Of a DNA stretch of 64,000 nt, positions 1 to 9,937 are shown in pieces. The notes under the pieces were generated by a model, which saw only the letters and a list, made by a program, of their open reading frames with translations, was not told where the DNA came from and did no database searches. The stretch's first letter is position 1, and each line of letters opens with the position of its first letter. This DNA comes from an uncultured Actinomycetes bacterium. GTDB lineage: Bacteria > Actinomycetota > Acidimicrobiia > IMCC26256 > DASPTH01. Location: the NCBI GenBank assembly GCA_963815405.1, contig CAWFGR010000006.1:10158-74157 (forward strand), read 5' to 3'. The position numbers were made by a program, and so were the translations under genes.

Positions 1-2
1 TG

Positions 3-557
3 ATGCGCGCGCACCTCTGGTGGTTCACCGCGCGCTCGACCGGTCTCGTCGCGTGGTGCCTCGTGGTCGCGTCCATGGTGTGGGGGCTGCTGCTGGCGGC
101 GCGGGGCATCACCGGACACGCGCACGCCGGGATGCTTGCGATGCACCGCTTCCTCAGCGCGTTGGCGTCCTGCTTCATCGGCGCGCACGTGCTGGCCATC
201 GTGGCGGACACCTTCGTGCACTTCGGACTGGCCGACACGTTGGTGCCGTTCGCGTCCTCGTGGCGACCAACCGCGGTCGCGCTCGGCATCGTGTCGATGT
301 ACCTGCTCGCGATCGTCGAAGCCACCTCGCTCGTGCGACGGCACCTGCCACGACGGGCATGGCGCGGCATCCATCTCGTGAGCTACGTCGCGTTCGCCAC
401 CAGCTCGGTCCACCTCCTGGCGGCGGGAACCGATGCTCGGAATCTCGTCCCCAAAGCGCTCGCGGTGGCGCTGGCGATGACCGTCGTGTTCGTGTGCACG
501 CTCCTGCTGACCTGGCGCACCGCACCGCGCCTCCAGGACGCGGGCGTCCAGCACTAG
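3..557 (+). CDS. Ferric reductase-like transmembrane domain protein (MsrQ-like heme-b membrane subunit)
   Basis: Several TM segments; 'WWFTARSTGLVAW' start, conserved His residues (MHRFLS, AHVLAI, WRGIHLVSY, VHLLAAGTD). May be 5'-truncated at the window edge. Confidence 0.75.
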   Translation: MRAHLWWFTARSTGLVAWCLVVASMVWGLLLAARGITGHAHAGMLAMHRFLSALASCFIGAHVLAIVADTFVHFGLADTLVPFASSWRPTAVALGIVSMYLLAIVEATSLVRRHLPRRAWRGIHLVSYVAFATSSVHLLAAGTDARNLVPKALAVALAMTVVFVCTLLLTWRTAPRLQDAGVQH

Positions 558-607
558 CTTCGAGCAGGTGAGCTCGGGATCGCGGCGCCCCGCGAGCAGC
601 CGGGCTC

Positions 608-2138
608 GTGCTGCTGACCGTTCTGGTCGTCGTCGCGACGCTCGTCGTCCCCGCCGACGCGAAGAAGAAGCACAAGGCGCGCCACCGGCCGAAGTCGACG
701 ACCACCACCACCACGACCCTGCCGGCGGTGCCGGCGAACCTGTCCTGGTCGGACTGCGGCGGCGGGTTCGAGTGCGGCACCGTGACGGTCCCGACCGACT
801 GGCGCCAGCCCCATGGCGAAATGATCCAGCTCGCGGTGATCCGCCATCGAGCCGACCTTCCGGAAGCACGGATCGGTACGCTGGCAGTGAACTGCGGCGG
901 CCCGGGGAACGGCTGTGTCAGCTTTCTGCGCGCGGCGCTCGCACGCCTGCCGTCGGAGGTGAAGGACCGCTTCGACATCCTGGCCTGGGATCCCCGCGGA
1001 ACCGGGACCTCCCGACCCGTCGACTGCGTCGACGACTCGCTGCTCGATCGCATCCTCACGCTCCCGCCCGTGCCGGGGACCGACGCGGAGTGGCGATCGA
1101 CGCGTGAGCTCTCCGCCGAGTTCGCCGCCGGCTGCAACGCGGCAGAACAACGGATTCGCGCGCCTGGTCGGCACGCGCGAGACGGCGCGCGACCTCGAGG
1201 CCATCCGACGCGCGCTCGGCGAGCCAACGGTCTCGTACCTGGGCTTCTCGTACGGGACCTTGCTCGGCATCGTGTACGCGCAGATGTTTCCCCACTCGGT
1301 CCGCGCGCTCGTGCTCGACGGCGCCGCCGACTGGTGGCTCCCGACGGTCCAGTACGCGCACGCGCAGGCCGAGGGCTTCTTCCAGGCCCTCGACGCGTTC
1401 CTGTCGTGGTGTGACGACACGTCGAGCTGTGCCCTCGCGGGGCGGGTGCACCGCGGACGGTCTTCTCCAGCCTCGTGACGCAGTCGCAGACCGACCCGCT
1501 CCCGGCGACATACACCGCGAGCGGGTCCACCCGTGTCGGTACGCTGGATGCGAGCGTGTTCCAGAACGCGGTGATCGGGTCGCTCTACGACCATCGCGCC
1601 TGGCCGAACCTCGCCGAAGCGCTGCGCGCCGCAGCCCAGGACGGCACCGGCGCCGCGCTCCTCCAGCTCTCGGACACCTGGATCGGCCGCAGCCCCGACG
1701 GGTCGTGGAAGCCACGGCTGGAACCGAACGCGGTGATCGGCTGCCTCGACCGCCCGGGCGACGACGACCGCCGGACCGACACGCAGGAACGCGCCGACGT
1801 CGCTCGCTTCGCCGCGGAGCTGCCCCCGTTCGGGGGAAGCTGGGCCCTGCGCGGCTGCATCGGCATGCCGCGTGCGCCGGGCAACGACACGATCGGCGAC
1901 GTCCACGTCGTGGGTGCGCCCGCATCGCTCATCGTCGCCACGACCGGTGACCCGGCGACGCCCTACGCCGAAGCTGCCGCGTTCTCCGCCCGGCTCCCAG
2001 GCTCGACGATCCTCACCTTCGACTCCACCGACCACACCGCCTTCGGCACCGCACGCAGCACCTGCATCGACGGACTCGTGACGACGTACCTCCTCACGTT
2101 GAGCGTCCCGCCGGCCGGGACGAATTCGCGCGGCCTGA
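608..2138 (+). CDS. Secreted alpha/beta hydrolase (TAP-like tripeptidyl peptidase family), frameshifted
   Basis: Signal peptide, NCGGPG, WDPRGTG, nucleophile YLGFSYGT, 'GDPATPY' and 'DHTAF..C' C-terminus, spread over ORFs 608-1414, 1104-1478 and 1475-. Probable true stop TGA 2136-2138. Confidence 0.8.
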
Positions 2139-2235
2139 GCGCCAGCGGTTGCGCCGGGTCGGCACGAAGCGCGGAGCTCGTGTGCGGGTCCATCGTGACG
2201 ATCCCCCGCTCTGGCGATGCACATAGACAAAGCGA

Positions 2236-2241
2236 TATACT
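2236..2241 (+). promoter_or_regulatory. -10 box (TATACT) of probable leaderless HTH gene
   Basis: TATACT lies 7 nt before ATG 2249; no SD. Confidence 0.65.
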
Positions 2242-2248
2242 CCGGCAC

Positions 2249-2578
2249 ATGGAGCCGCAGGACCTGATCGCCGCGGTGCGGCGGCGGCGTGGCCTCACCC
2301 AGGCCGAGCTCGCCGCTCGCGCCGGCACATCACAGCCAGTCGTCTCCGCCTACGAGCACGGCCGGCGGGACCCGACCTTCGGCACCCTCCGCCGACTGAT
2401 CGCCGCGGGAGGAGAGCAGCTCGTCATTGACGCGGTCGCGCACACCGAGGGTCCGCCACCCGCCATCGACGACATCGAGCACGCCCGGCGACTGGTCGAC
2501 GTGCTCCTCTTCGCCGACGCCGTGCCGGCGCGCGCGCGTCCGGTCGTGCTCCTCGCTCCACGGCTCGTCTCCTTGTGA
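2249..2578 (+). CDS. XRE-family HTH protein (putative antitoxin/regulator)
   Basis: MEPQDLIAAVRRRRGLTQAELAARAGTSQPVVSAYEHGRRDPT is a classic HTH_3; its stop overlaps the next start (GTGA). Confidence 0.85.
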   Translation: MEPQDLIAAVRRRRGLTQAELAARAGTSQPVVSAYEHGRRDPTFGTLRRLIAAGGEQLVIDAVAHTEGPPPAIDDIEHARRLVDVLLFADAVPARARPVVLLAPRLVSL

Positions 2579-3125
2579 CGATGCTCTCGCTTCCGGAGCG
2601 CATCGTCGCGATCGAGCACGCACTCACCAACGTGCCGCACGCCTTCGGCGGCGCGATCGCGTTGGCGTACTACGCCGAGCCCCGGGCGACCATCGACATC
2701 GACCTCAACGTGTTCCTGCCCCCCGACCACTTTGCCGACGTCGCCGCGCCACTCGCCCACCTCGGCGTCGCGGTCGATGATCCGGAGACCGCAGCCACCG
2801 TGACCCGTGACGGCCAGGTACGAGTCATGTGGGATCGAACACCGATCGACCTCTTCTTCGCGTACGACCCGTTCCACACGGCCGCGGGCGCGGCGCACGA
2901 AGGACGGTGCCCTTCGCGGGCGCGGCGATCCCGATCCTCGCGCCGGAGCATCTCGCCGTGTGCAAGGTGATCTTTGATCGCCCGAAGGACTGGGTCGACA
3001 TCGACTCGATGCTCGACGCCGGCGCGGCGGTCGATGCGGCGGAGATCCTGCGATGGGTCGGCCGCGTCGCAGGCGACGCTGATCCCCGCTACACGCGGAT
3101 CGCCGCAGTCCTTACCCGTCGCTGA
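2575..3125 (+). CDS. Pol-beta-fold nucleotidyltransferase (AbiEii/DUF6036-like), frameshifted near 2900
   Basis: GGAIALAYYAEPRATIDID motif (GGxA..RxTxDxD) in 2575-2970, continuing as PEHLAVCK..RPKDWVDI in 2829-3125. Confidence 0.7.
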
Positions 3126-3655
3126 CGCTCCATGAGTGCGCGCGGGAAGCGGGGGCGTCGATCGTCAGGCGCTCGGAGCCGATCAGGAGCTCGCCGCGGA
3201 TGTGCCCGAGCTGCGTGTACGGACGCTCGAGGTCCGTCGGCAACGCGGCGTCATCGACCTCCCATTCGAGGTCGAGGCCGACGGGGACGCGCTCACCGCG
3301 TTCGTGATCGGTCGCGTCGGGCTCGACGACGAGTCCGAACGCCTCGAGCGCGATCCCCCAGTGCTCGAGCGGCGTCTCGCACACGAGCTCGGCCCACAAG
3401 CCTTCACCGCGCACGGTGAGGTGGGCGCGCGCGCGGCAACGGGAGCTCCTGATCGCGCACGATCACCAGACCCACGTCAGGCACCTCGACGGAAGCCTCG
3501 TACGACGACCGCTCCTGCGCGGGGAACGACGTGAGGGTGACGACGCCTGTGAGCCCGCCGGCCTCGGTGAAGTCGAACGACCAGGACTCGGACCAGCCGG
3601 GTTCCGGGCCCGCCGCGTGCGGCCGCTCGGCCGCCGCGTGCGCCCCTCCGGTCAC
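3112..3655 (-). CDS. Hypothetical protein (WSESWxFDF motif), frameshifted near 3420
   Basis: ORFs 3404-3655 and 3112-3414 join into one ~180-aa protein directly downstream of mdh. Confidence 0.55.
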
Positions 3656-3661
3656 CCTCCG

Positions 3662-4654
3662 TCAGCCAAGGAGATCGAGACCGACGACCTCGTCGCGCTC
3701 CTCGAGGAGCTCCTTCGTCGTCAGGTCGATCTTCGCCTTGGCGAAGTCATCGTGCTCGACGCCCTCGACCACCGACCAGCCGGCGCCGTCGCTGCGCACC
3801 GGGAAGCCGAACTGCAACCCCTCGGGAACGCCGTACTCACCGCGGCTCACCACCGCGAGCGAGTGCCAGTCGCCGGGCGCAGTGGGGTTCCAGATGCTGT
3901 TCACCGAGTCGATCGCGGCGTGCGCAGCCGAGGCGGCGGAGGACTGTCCGCGCTTCTCGATGACCGCGGCTCCGCGCTTCTGCACGGTCTCGATGAACGC
4001 ACCGCGGAGCCACGCGGTGTCGGTGATCACCTCGGGCACGGGCTTCCCATCGATGCGCGCGTTCGCGAAGTCGGGGAACTGCGTCGCCGAGTGGTTGCCC
4101 CAGATCGCGAGGTTGCTGACCTGCGACACGTGCACGCCGGCCTTGTTCGCGAGCTGCGTCTTGGCACGGTTCTCGTCGAGGCGCGTCATCGCGAAGAAGC
4201 GGTCACCGGGGACGTCGGGCGCGTTCGAGCGGGCGATGAGGCAGTTGGTGTTGCACGGGTTGCCCACCACGAGCACGCGGACGTCGCTCGCCGAGTGGTC
4301 GTTGATCGCACGGCCCTGCGGGCCGAAGATGCCGCCGTTCACCCCGAGCAGGTCACCCCGCTCCATCCCTGCCTTGCGCGGGATCGACCCCACCAGCAGC
4401 GCCCACGACGTACCGTCGAACGCGGTCTTGAGGTCGGCCGTCGGCTCGATGCCCGCGAGCAGGCGGTGCGCCCCGTCCTCCAGCTCCATCACGACGCCCT
4501 CGAGCGCGGGCATCGCCGGCTCGATCTCGAGGAGACGCAGCACCACGGGCTGGTCGGGCCCGAGGAGCTGCCCGCTGGCGATGCGATGGACGAGCGCGTA
4601 GCCGATCTGGCCGGCGGCGCCCGTGACGGTGACGTGGACCGGTGCCTGAGTCAT
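3662..4654 (-). CDS. mdh: Malate dehydrogenase (NAD)
   Basis: [42 protein letters not shown]. Confidence 0.96.
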   Translation of the reverse strand: MTQAPVHVTVTGAAGQIGYALVHRIASGQLLGPDQPVVLRLLEIEPAMPALEGVVMELEDGAHRLLAGIEPTADLKTAFDGTSWALLVGSIPRKAGMERGDLLGVNGGIFGPQGRAINDHSASDVRVLVVGNPCNTNCLIARSNAPDVPGDRFFAMTRLDENRAKTQLANKAGVHVSQVSNLAIWGNHSATQFPDFANARIDGKPVPEVITDTAWLRGAFIETVQKRGAAVIEKRGQSSAASAAHAAIDSVNSIWNPTAPGDWHSLAVVSRGEYGVPEGLQFGFPVRSDGAGWSVVEGVEHDDFAKAKIDLTTKELLEERDEVVGLDLLG

Positions 4655-4664
4655 GCGCGGGAAA

Positions 4665-5453
4665 TTACCCGCGGCCTCCTGCGATGGCCGAAGCGATGCC
4701 GGACAGCAGCACCTCGCGGGCCTCCGACAGCTCGGCGATGCGCTGTGCCGCGGCTTCCGACCCTCCGCCGTGGTCCGGGTGGGCGAGGCGGATGAGGCGC
4801 CGGAAGCGCTGCTGGACGTCGTCACGCACGACGGCGGTCCCCGCGTGGAGCCCGAGCACCTCCATCGCCCACCGGTACTCGGCGGGCACGCCGGTCCAGC
4901 GGTCATCGACACCGCCCTCGGCGGCGGCACGCCGCGCGCCCGGGGCCCACGGCGCCGCGCCCGGGACGCCATGGAACAACCGCCGCACCTCGAGCCCCTC
5001 GGGCAGCTGCCCGGGCGAGTGCGCCGCCCGCCGGATCGTGCGCAGCACCGCGAGCCGCGTCGAGGACGGCAGCCGGCTCGCGGCCATGATCGAAGCGATC
5101 ACCTGCGGCGCGGGCGGGCCATGGCGATCCAGCTCGAGCACTGGTGGTGACCCAGTGACGTCGGGCCGGACGATGCGGTGGCGCGAACGGTCGAGCCCGT
5201 GGCGATCGGTTTGCAGGCGGTAGCGCAGCGCGATGCGCGGAACGACGATGCCGTCAGACGCGTGGTCGATCAACCGGTCGAGCGCGTCGAGCTGATCCTC
5301 GTCGAGCTCACCGACATGCTCGGCGACGACGGCACCGAGCAGCACGCCGCCCCACGACACGCCCGACGTCGGCAGGTAGCCGTCGTCGAGCGAGACGCGA
5401 CGCGTCGGCATGTGCCGGCGCGTGTGCCGGACGGTGAGCTCGGCCAGGAGCAT
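4665..5453 (-). CDS. J-domain protein (C-terminal DnaJ domain, uncharacterised N-terminus)
   Basis: Starts [20 protein letters not shown]; C-terminal '[37 protein letters not shown]' carries the HPD motif. Confidence 0.8.
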   Translation of the reverse strand: MLLAELTVRHTRRHMPTRRVSLDDGYLPTSGVSWGGVLLGAVVAEHVGELDEDQLDALDRLIDHASDGIVVPRIALRYRLQTDRHGLDRSRHRIVRPDVTGSPPVLELDRHGPPAPQVIASIMAASRLPSSTRLAVLRTIRRAAHSPGQLPEGLEVRRLFHGVPGAAPWAPGARRAAAEGGVDDRWTGVPAEYRWAMEVLGLHAGTAVVRDDVQQRFRRLIRLAHPDHGGGSEAAAQRIAELSEAREVLLSGIASAIAGGRG

Positions 5454-5473
5454 GGCCGGACTCGTGCCCCGCG

Positions 5474-6666
5474 TTACAGGCGGTCGACGATCGCGGACGC
5501 GAACTCCGAGGTCTTGACCTCGGTCGCGCCCTCCATGAGCCGCGCGAAGTCGTACGTGACGACCTTGTCGGCGATCGTCGCCTCGAGCGCGCGGACGATC
5601 GCGTCGGCGGCTTCCTGCCACCCGAGGTGCTCGAACATCATCACACCCGAGAGCAGCACCGAGCCGGGGTTGACCTTGTCCTGGCCCGCGTACTTCGGCG
5701 CGGTCCCGTGCGTGGCCTCGAAGATCCCGTGCCCGCTCACGTAGTTGATGTTGCCGCCGGGCGCGATGCCGATGCCGCCGACCTGCGCCGCGAGCGCGTC
5801 CGACAGGTAGTCGCCGTTGAGGTTCGTGGTGGCGATCACGTCGAACTCGTCGGGGCGGGTGAGGATCTGCTGCAACGTGATGTCGGCGATCGCGTCCTTG
5901 ATGAGGACCTTGCCGGCGGGGTCGCCACCGCAGTCGTCCCAACCGACGGCGACGTCGGAGAATTCCTCACGGGTGAGCTCGTAGCCCCAGTTGCGGAACG
6001 CGCCCTCGGTGAACTTCTGGATGTTGCCCTTGTGCACCAGCGTCACGCTCGCGGCTTGTGGTGCACCGCGTACTCGATCGCCGCGCGGATGAGGCGCTTC
6101 GATCCCGTCTCGGAGATCGGCTTGATGCCGATCCCCGAGTCGGGGCGGATCTTCCACCCGAATTTGTCGTGGAGGAACGCGATGAGCGTCGCGACCTCAG
6201 GCGTGCCTTCCTCGAGCTCGAGGCCCGCGTAGATGTCTTCGGTGTTCTCACGGAAGATCACCATGTCGACCTTCTCGGGATGCTTCACCGGCGACGGCAC
6301 GCCCTGGAACCACCGAACGGGCCGGAGGCACACGTAGAGGTCGAGGAGCTGGCGCAGCGCGACGTTGAGGCTCCGGATGCCGCCGCCGACAGGCGTGGTG
6401 AGCGGGCCTTTGATGCCGATGAGGTACTCCGAGAACGTGTCGACGGTCTCCTGGGGCAGCCAGTGGCCCGTCTCGTTGAAGGCCTTCTCCCCGGCGAGCA
6501 CTTCTTTCCACGCGATGCGCTTGGCGAACTTCGCGGCTGCGGCATCCATCACGAGCTTCGCCGCGGGCCAGATGTCGACCCCGGTGCCGTCGCCTTCGAT
6601 GAACGGGATGATCGGCTCGTCGGGAACGCTGAGCTGACCGTCGACGAGGGTGATCTTCTCGGGCAT
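5474..6666 (-). CDS. icd: NADP-dependent isocitrate dehydrogenase, frameshifted near 6050
   Basis: [60 protein letters not shown]; AGGAG RBS. Confidence 0.95.
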
Positions 6667-6741
6667 CACGGCTCCTGGGGCGTGGGGTGCACCCGATCCT
6701 ACCGGGACGACCCGGCGGACACCCCAGCCGGTCGGCCGCCG

Positions 6742-8811
6742 TCAGCCCGCGGTCGCAGGCGCCTCGACCGGCTCGATCGTGACGGGAACGCCGATGAACA
6801 GGGACATTCCCGTGAGCGGGTCCACGTTGTGCAGCGTCGACGTGAGGCGCGCCACGTCGGGCTCACGGAAGCTGTGGGGCACGCGCACTGCGCCGGGCCG
6901 GATGTCGTCGGTGATCCGCGCGAGGCCCTCGAGGGACCCGTTCGCGCTCGTGACGCGCACACAGCCGCCGTCGGCGACCCCGGCGTCGGCCGCGTCGGAC
7001 GAGTTGAGGAGGATCCGACCGACGGCTCGGCCGCGCGGATCGGTGTCGTGCAGGAACGAGTTCATCACGCGCGGCTCGCGGCCCGTCTGGAGCACCAACT
7101 TTCCGGGCGGCGGCTCGAGCGTGCGGAGCTGCTCGACGAGCGGTGCCGGCGCGAGCTTCCAGCGGTGGTCCTCGAGCAGGTGCTCGACAACCCAGCCGTA
7201 CTCCGGTCCTCCGATGACGACCGGGCCGTCGGTGGCCCGCAGCTCGTCGAAGGACACCCGTGCCCCCTGCATGCCGGCCGCGAGCACTGCGTCCTCGGTG
7301 ATGGTGTCGGGATCGAGGCCGGGACAGAGCTCGGGGATCCCGAGACGTTTCGCGAGCTGCGCGCACACCCACCACGGCGGTCGGCGTTCGTCGGCGGGCT
7401 CGGCGACCCTCGGCGAGTACTGACCCACGAGCATGGGGAACCAGAAACCCGTGTTCGACACGTCGGCACGCTCGAGCTGATCGGGACTCGGGAGAAGATG
7501 CGTGGCGAGCTCGGTCGTCACCCCCGGAACCACGTCGCACACCGCGAGCACGTCGAGCTTGCGCATCGCGGCCCCGAGACGCAGCGAGTCGGGGATCGCC
7601 GCGAGCGGGTTCCCGCCGAAGACGAACATCGCGCGCAGGTGGCCCGCCTCGATCTCGTCCGCCATCGCCGCGCACGGGTACTGACCCCACCGCGCCGGCA
7701 GCTCCGGGCGACTCGGGGGTGCCGACCACGGCTCGCCGTCGACGCGCTTCTGGGGGCCGTCCGGCTTCGGGCTCAGCCAACCGGGCCCGTACCACCGGCC
7801 CGGACGTTCTGGAGTTCCGGTGATTGCCTCGAGCGCCCACTTCAGCCACTCGGTGACGTTGCCCGCGGGCGCCATCGTCACACCGGTGCCCGTCTCGATG
7901 ACGACGCGGCCGTGACGCCGGATCGCTGCGAGCAGGTCGTCGATCGTCGCCGCGTCGACGCCTGAGATCAGCGCCACGCGGTCGAGGTCGTAGGGAGCCA
8001 CTGCGGCGGCGAGCTCATCGACACCACTCGTGTGGTCACGGACGTAGTCGGCGTCGGCGCCGTCACGCAGGACTTCGCGGACGAGGTAGGCGAGGATCGC
8101 ATAGTCGGTGCCCGGCCGTGGTGCGATGTGTCGGTGCGCCAGACGCGCGGTCTCGGTCCGGCGCGGATCGACGACCCACACCTCGGCGTGCTGCGCGATC
8201 TCGCGCAGGCGAATGACGGGATCGCCGAACTGGGCGAACTGACCGTGTGAGACGACCGGGTTCGAGCCGACGAACACGAGCAACGACACCTGCTCCTGGT
8301 CGACGACGGGCACCAACCAGGTGCGCCCCGCCATGAGCTCGGTCACGAGGTTCTTCGCCGCGCAGTCGATCGTCATCGGGCCGTAGCGATTCGCCGGTCC
8401 GAACGCACCCGCGAGCGTGGGATGTACCCACCTGCTCGCGGCGTCCATCCCGAACGCGGTGCCGGTGAAGTCGCCGATCGCGTCACGCCCCGACTCGTCG
8501 AGGATGGCGCGGAGCTTCGTTGCCAGGTCGTCGAGCAGCTCGTCCCACTCGACGCGCACCATCTCGCCGTCGCGCTCTCCGTCGCGACGCATCATCGGGT
8601 AGTTCAGGCGGTTCTCGTGGTGGTGGAGTGCGCCGAGCATCCGACCCTTCGGGCAGAGGTAGCCGCGAGACAGAGGGTGGTCGGGATCACCCGCGACCTT
8701 GACGACGTGGTCGCCCTCGGTCGTGACGATCGCACCGCAGTGGCACATGCAGATGCGGCAATGGATGCGATGCTCGACCGGGGCTCCCGACTGCTGACGC
8801 TGCTCCTCCAC
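6742..8811 (-). CDS. Molybdopterin (Mo/W-bisPGD) oxidoreductase, DMSO reductase superfamily
   Basis: N-terminal CRICMCHCG..CPKG [4Fe-4S] motif, GSNPVVSHG, VDPRRTETA, C-terminal molybdopterin-binding barrel; start GTG 8811. Confidence 0.88.
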   Translation of the reverse strand: MEEQRQQSGAPVEHRIHCRICMCHCGAIVTTEGDHVVKVAGDPDHPLSRGYLCPKGRMLGALHHHENRLNYPMMRRDGERDGEMVRVEWDELLDDLATKLRAILDESGRDAIGDFTGTAFGMDAASRWVHPTLAGAFGPANRYGPMTIDCAAKNLVTELMAGRTWLVPVVDQEQVSLLVFVGSNPVVSHGQFAQFGDPVIRLREIAQHAEVWVVDPRRTETARLAHRHIAPRPGTDYAILAYLVREVLRDGADADYVRDHTSGVDELAAAVAPYDLDRVALISGVDAATIDDLLAAIRRHGRVVIETGTGVTMAPAGNVTEWLKWALEAITGTPERPGRWYGPGWLSPKPDGPQKRVDGEPWSAPPSRPELPARWGQYPCAAMADEIEAGHLRAMFVFGGNPLAAIPDSLRLGAAMRKLDVLAVCDVVPGVTTELATHLLPSPDQLERADVSNTGFWFPMLVGQYSPRVAEPADERRPPWWVCAQLAKRLGIPELCPGLDPDTITEDAVLAAGMQGARVSFDELRATDGPVVIGGPEYGWVVEHLLEDHRWKLAPAPLVEQLRTLEPPPGKLVLQTGREPRVMNSFLHDTDPRGRAVGRILLNSSDAADAGVADGGCVRVTSANGSLEGLARITDDIRPGAVRVPHSFREPDVARLTSTLHNVDPLTGMSLFIGVPVTIEPVEAPATAG

Positions 8812-8834
8812 CGTCCCCCCTTGCCTGGCGCGTG

Positions 8835-9083
8835 TCAGCGCACGAGCACCACGATCACCAACGCCGCGGCATACACCGCGATCAGGCCCAAGGCGGTCGC
8901 CCAGCGCACTGCCGGAGAGTATGGACCGGGACGGCCGCCCGTGCCCGCGAGCGTCATCCCGCACTCGAGACACCGTTGCGCGCGCTGGTCGGCGGGGGTC
9001 CCGCACAGCGGGCAACCTTCACCGGGCACCCACTCTGGAGGAGGCGGGGCCGGAGGCGGAGCGGACCCCGGGATGGAGGTCAC
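8835..9083 (-). CDS. Small zinc-ribbon membrane protein
   Basis: Pro-rich start, CPLC..CLEC, C-terminal TM helix; GTG overlaps the folD stop. Confidence 0.6.
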   Translation of the reverse strand: MTSIPGSAPPPAPPPPEWVPGEGCPLCGTPADQRAQRCLECGMTLAGTGGRPGPYSPAVRWATALGLIAVYAAALVIVVLVR

Positions 9084-9937
9084 GACGCGCGCCGCTCGGC
9101 GGCCTCGATCGCGTTGCGGAACAGCATCGCGATCGTCGTGGGGCCGACGCCTCCGACGCGGGGGGTGATCCGCCCCGCGACCTCCTCGCACCGCTCGTCG
9201 ACGTCGGGGAGCAGCTTGCGGCCCTCGTAACGGACACCACCGCCGACGACGACCGCACCGGGCGTGATGTGCTCCGGCCGGAGGATGCCGGGGACGCCGG
9301 CGGCGGCGATGACGATCTCGGCGCGGCGGGTGTAGTTCGGCCAGTCGGGCACCCCGGTGTGCACCACCGTGACCGCGGCGTTCGCCGTCGGTCGCTTCTG
9401 CGACAACAGCAGCGCGAGGGGACGGCCCAGGGTCGTTCCCCGCCCGAGGATGCAGACCTCGTGACCCGAGACCGGGACCTCGTAGTGCGCGAGCAGCGCC
9501 TCGATGCCGGCGGGCGTGCACGGAACCGGTCCGGGCATCGACAGCGCGAGCCGGCCCATGTTCACCGGATGCAGACCGTCGACGTCCTTGTCGGGGTCCA
9601 TCTCCAACAGCGCGGCCTCGAAGTCGATCTGGGGCGGCGTCGGATGCTGCACGAGCATCGCGTCGACGACTGGGTCGTCGTTGAAGGCACGGATTGCGGC
9701 GACGAGGTCGGCCTGGGTGGCGTCGTCGCCGAGATGGACGTGCGGGGAGTTGCAGCCGAGCTCGGTCGCCCTCTCCATCTTCATGCGGATGTATCCGGCG
9801 CTCGCAGATTCGTTCCCCACGAGGATCGTGCCGAGCCCCGGCGTGTGGCCGGCACCGGTGAGCGCCTTGATGCGCGGCGCGAGGTCGTCGAACACGGTCT
9901 GGGCCACTGGGCCACCGGGCATGAGGATCGCGGGCAT
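9080..9937 (-). CDS. folD: Methylenetetrahydrofolate dehydrogenase/cyclohydrolase
   Basis: Y..MK, LVQHP, KDVDGLHPVN, PCTPAG, GGVGPTTIAML. Confidence 0.95.
   Translation of the reverse strand: MPAILMPGGPVAQTVFDDLAPRIKALTGAGHTPGLGTILVGNESASAGYIRMKMERATELGCNSPHVHLGDDATQADLVAAIRAFNDDPVVDAMLVQHPTPPQIDFEAALLEMDPDKDVDGLHPVNMGRLALSMPGPVPCTPAGIEALLAHYEVPVSGHEVCILGRGTTLGRPLALLLSQKRPTANAAVTVVHTGVPDWPNYTRRAEIVIAAAGVPGILRPEHITPGAVVVGGGVRYEGRKLLPDVDERCEEVAGRITPRVGGVGPTTIAMLFRNAIEAAERRAS

Noticed and set aside
698-718. ACC/ACG triplet run
   Set aside because: It encodes a poly-Thr linker after the signal peptide; not a contingency repeat or array.
1475-2578. Apparent hydrolase-HTH fusion ORF (367 aa)
   Set aside because: The HTH has its own -10 box and ATG at 2249. 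The hydrolase most likely ends near 2138, and an indel explains the read-through.
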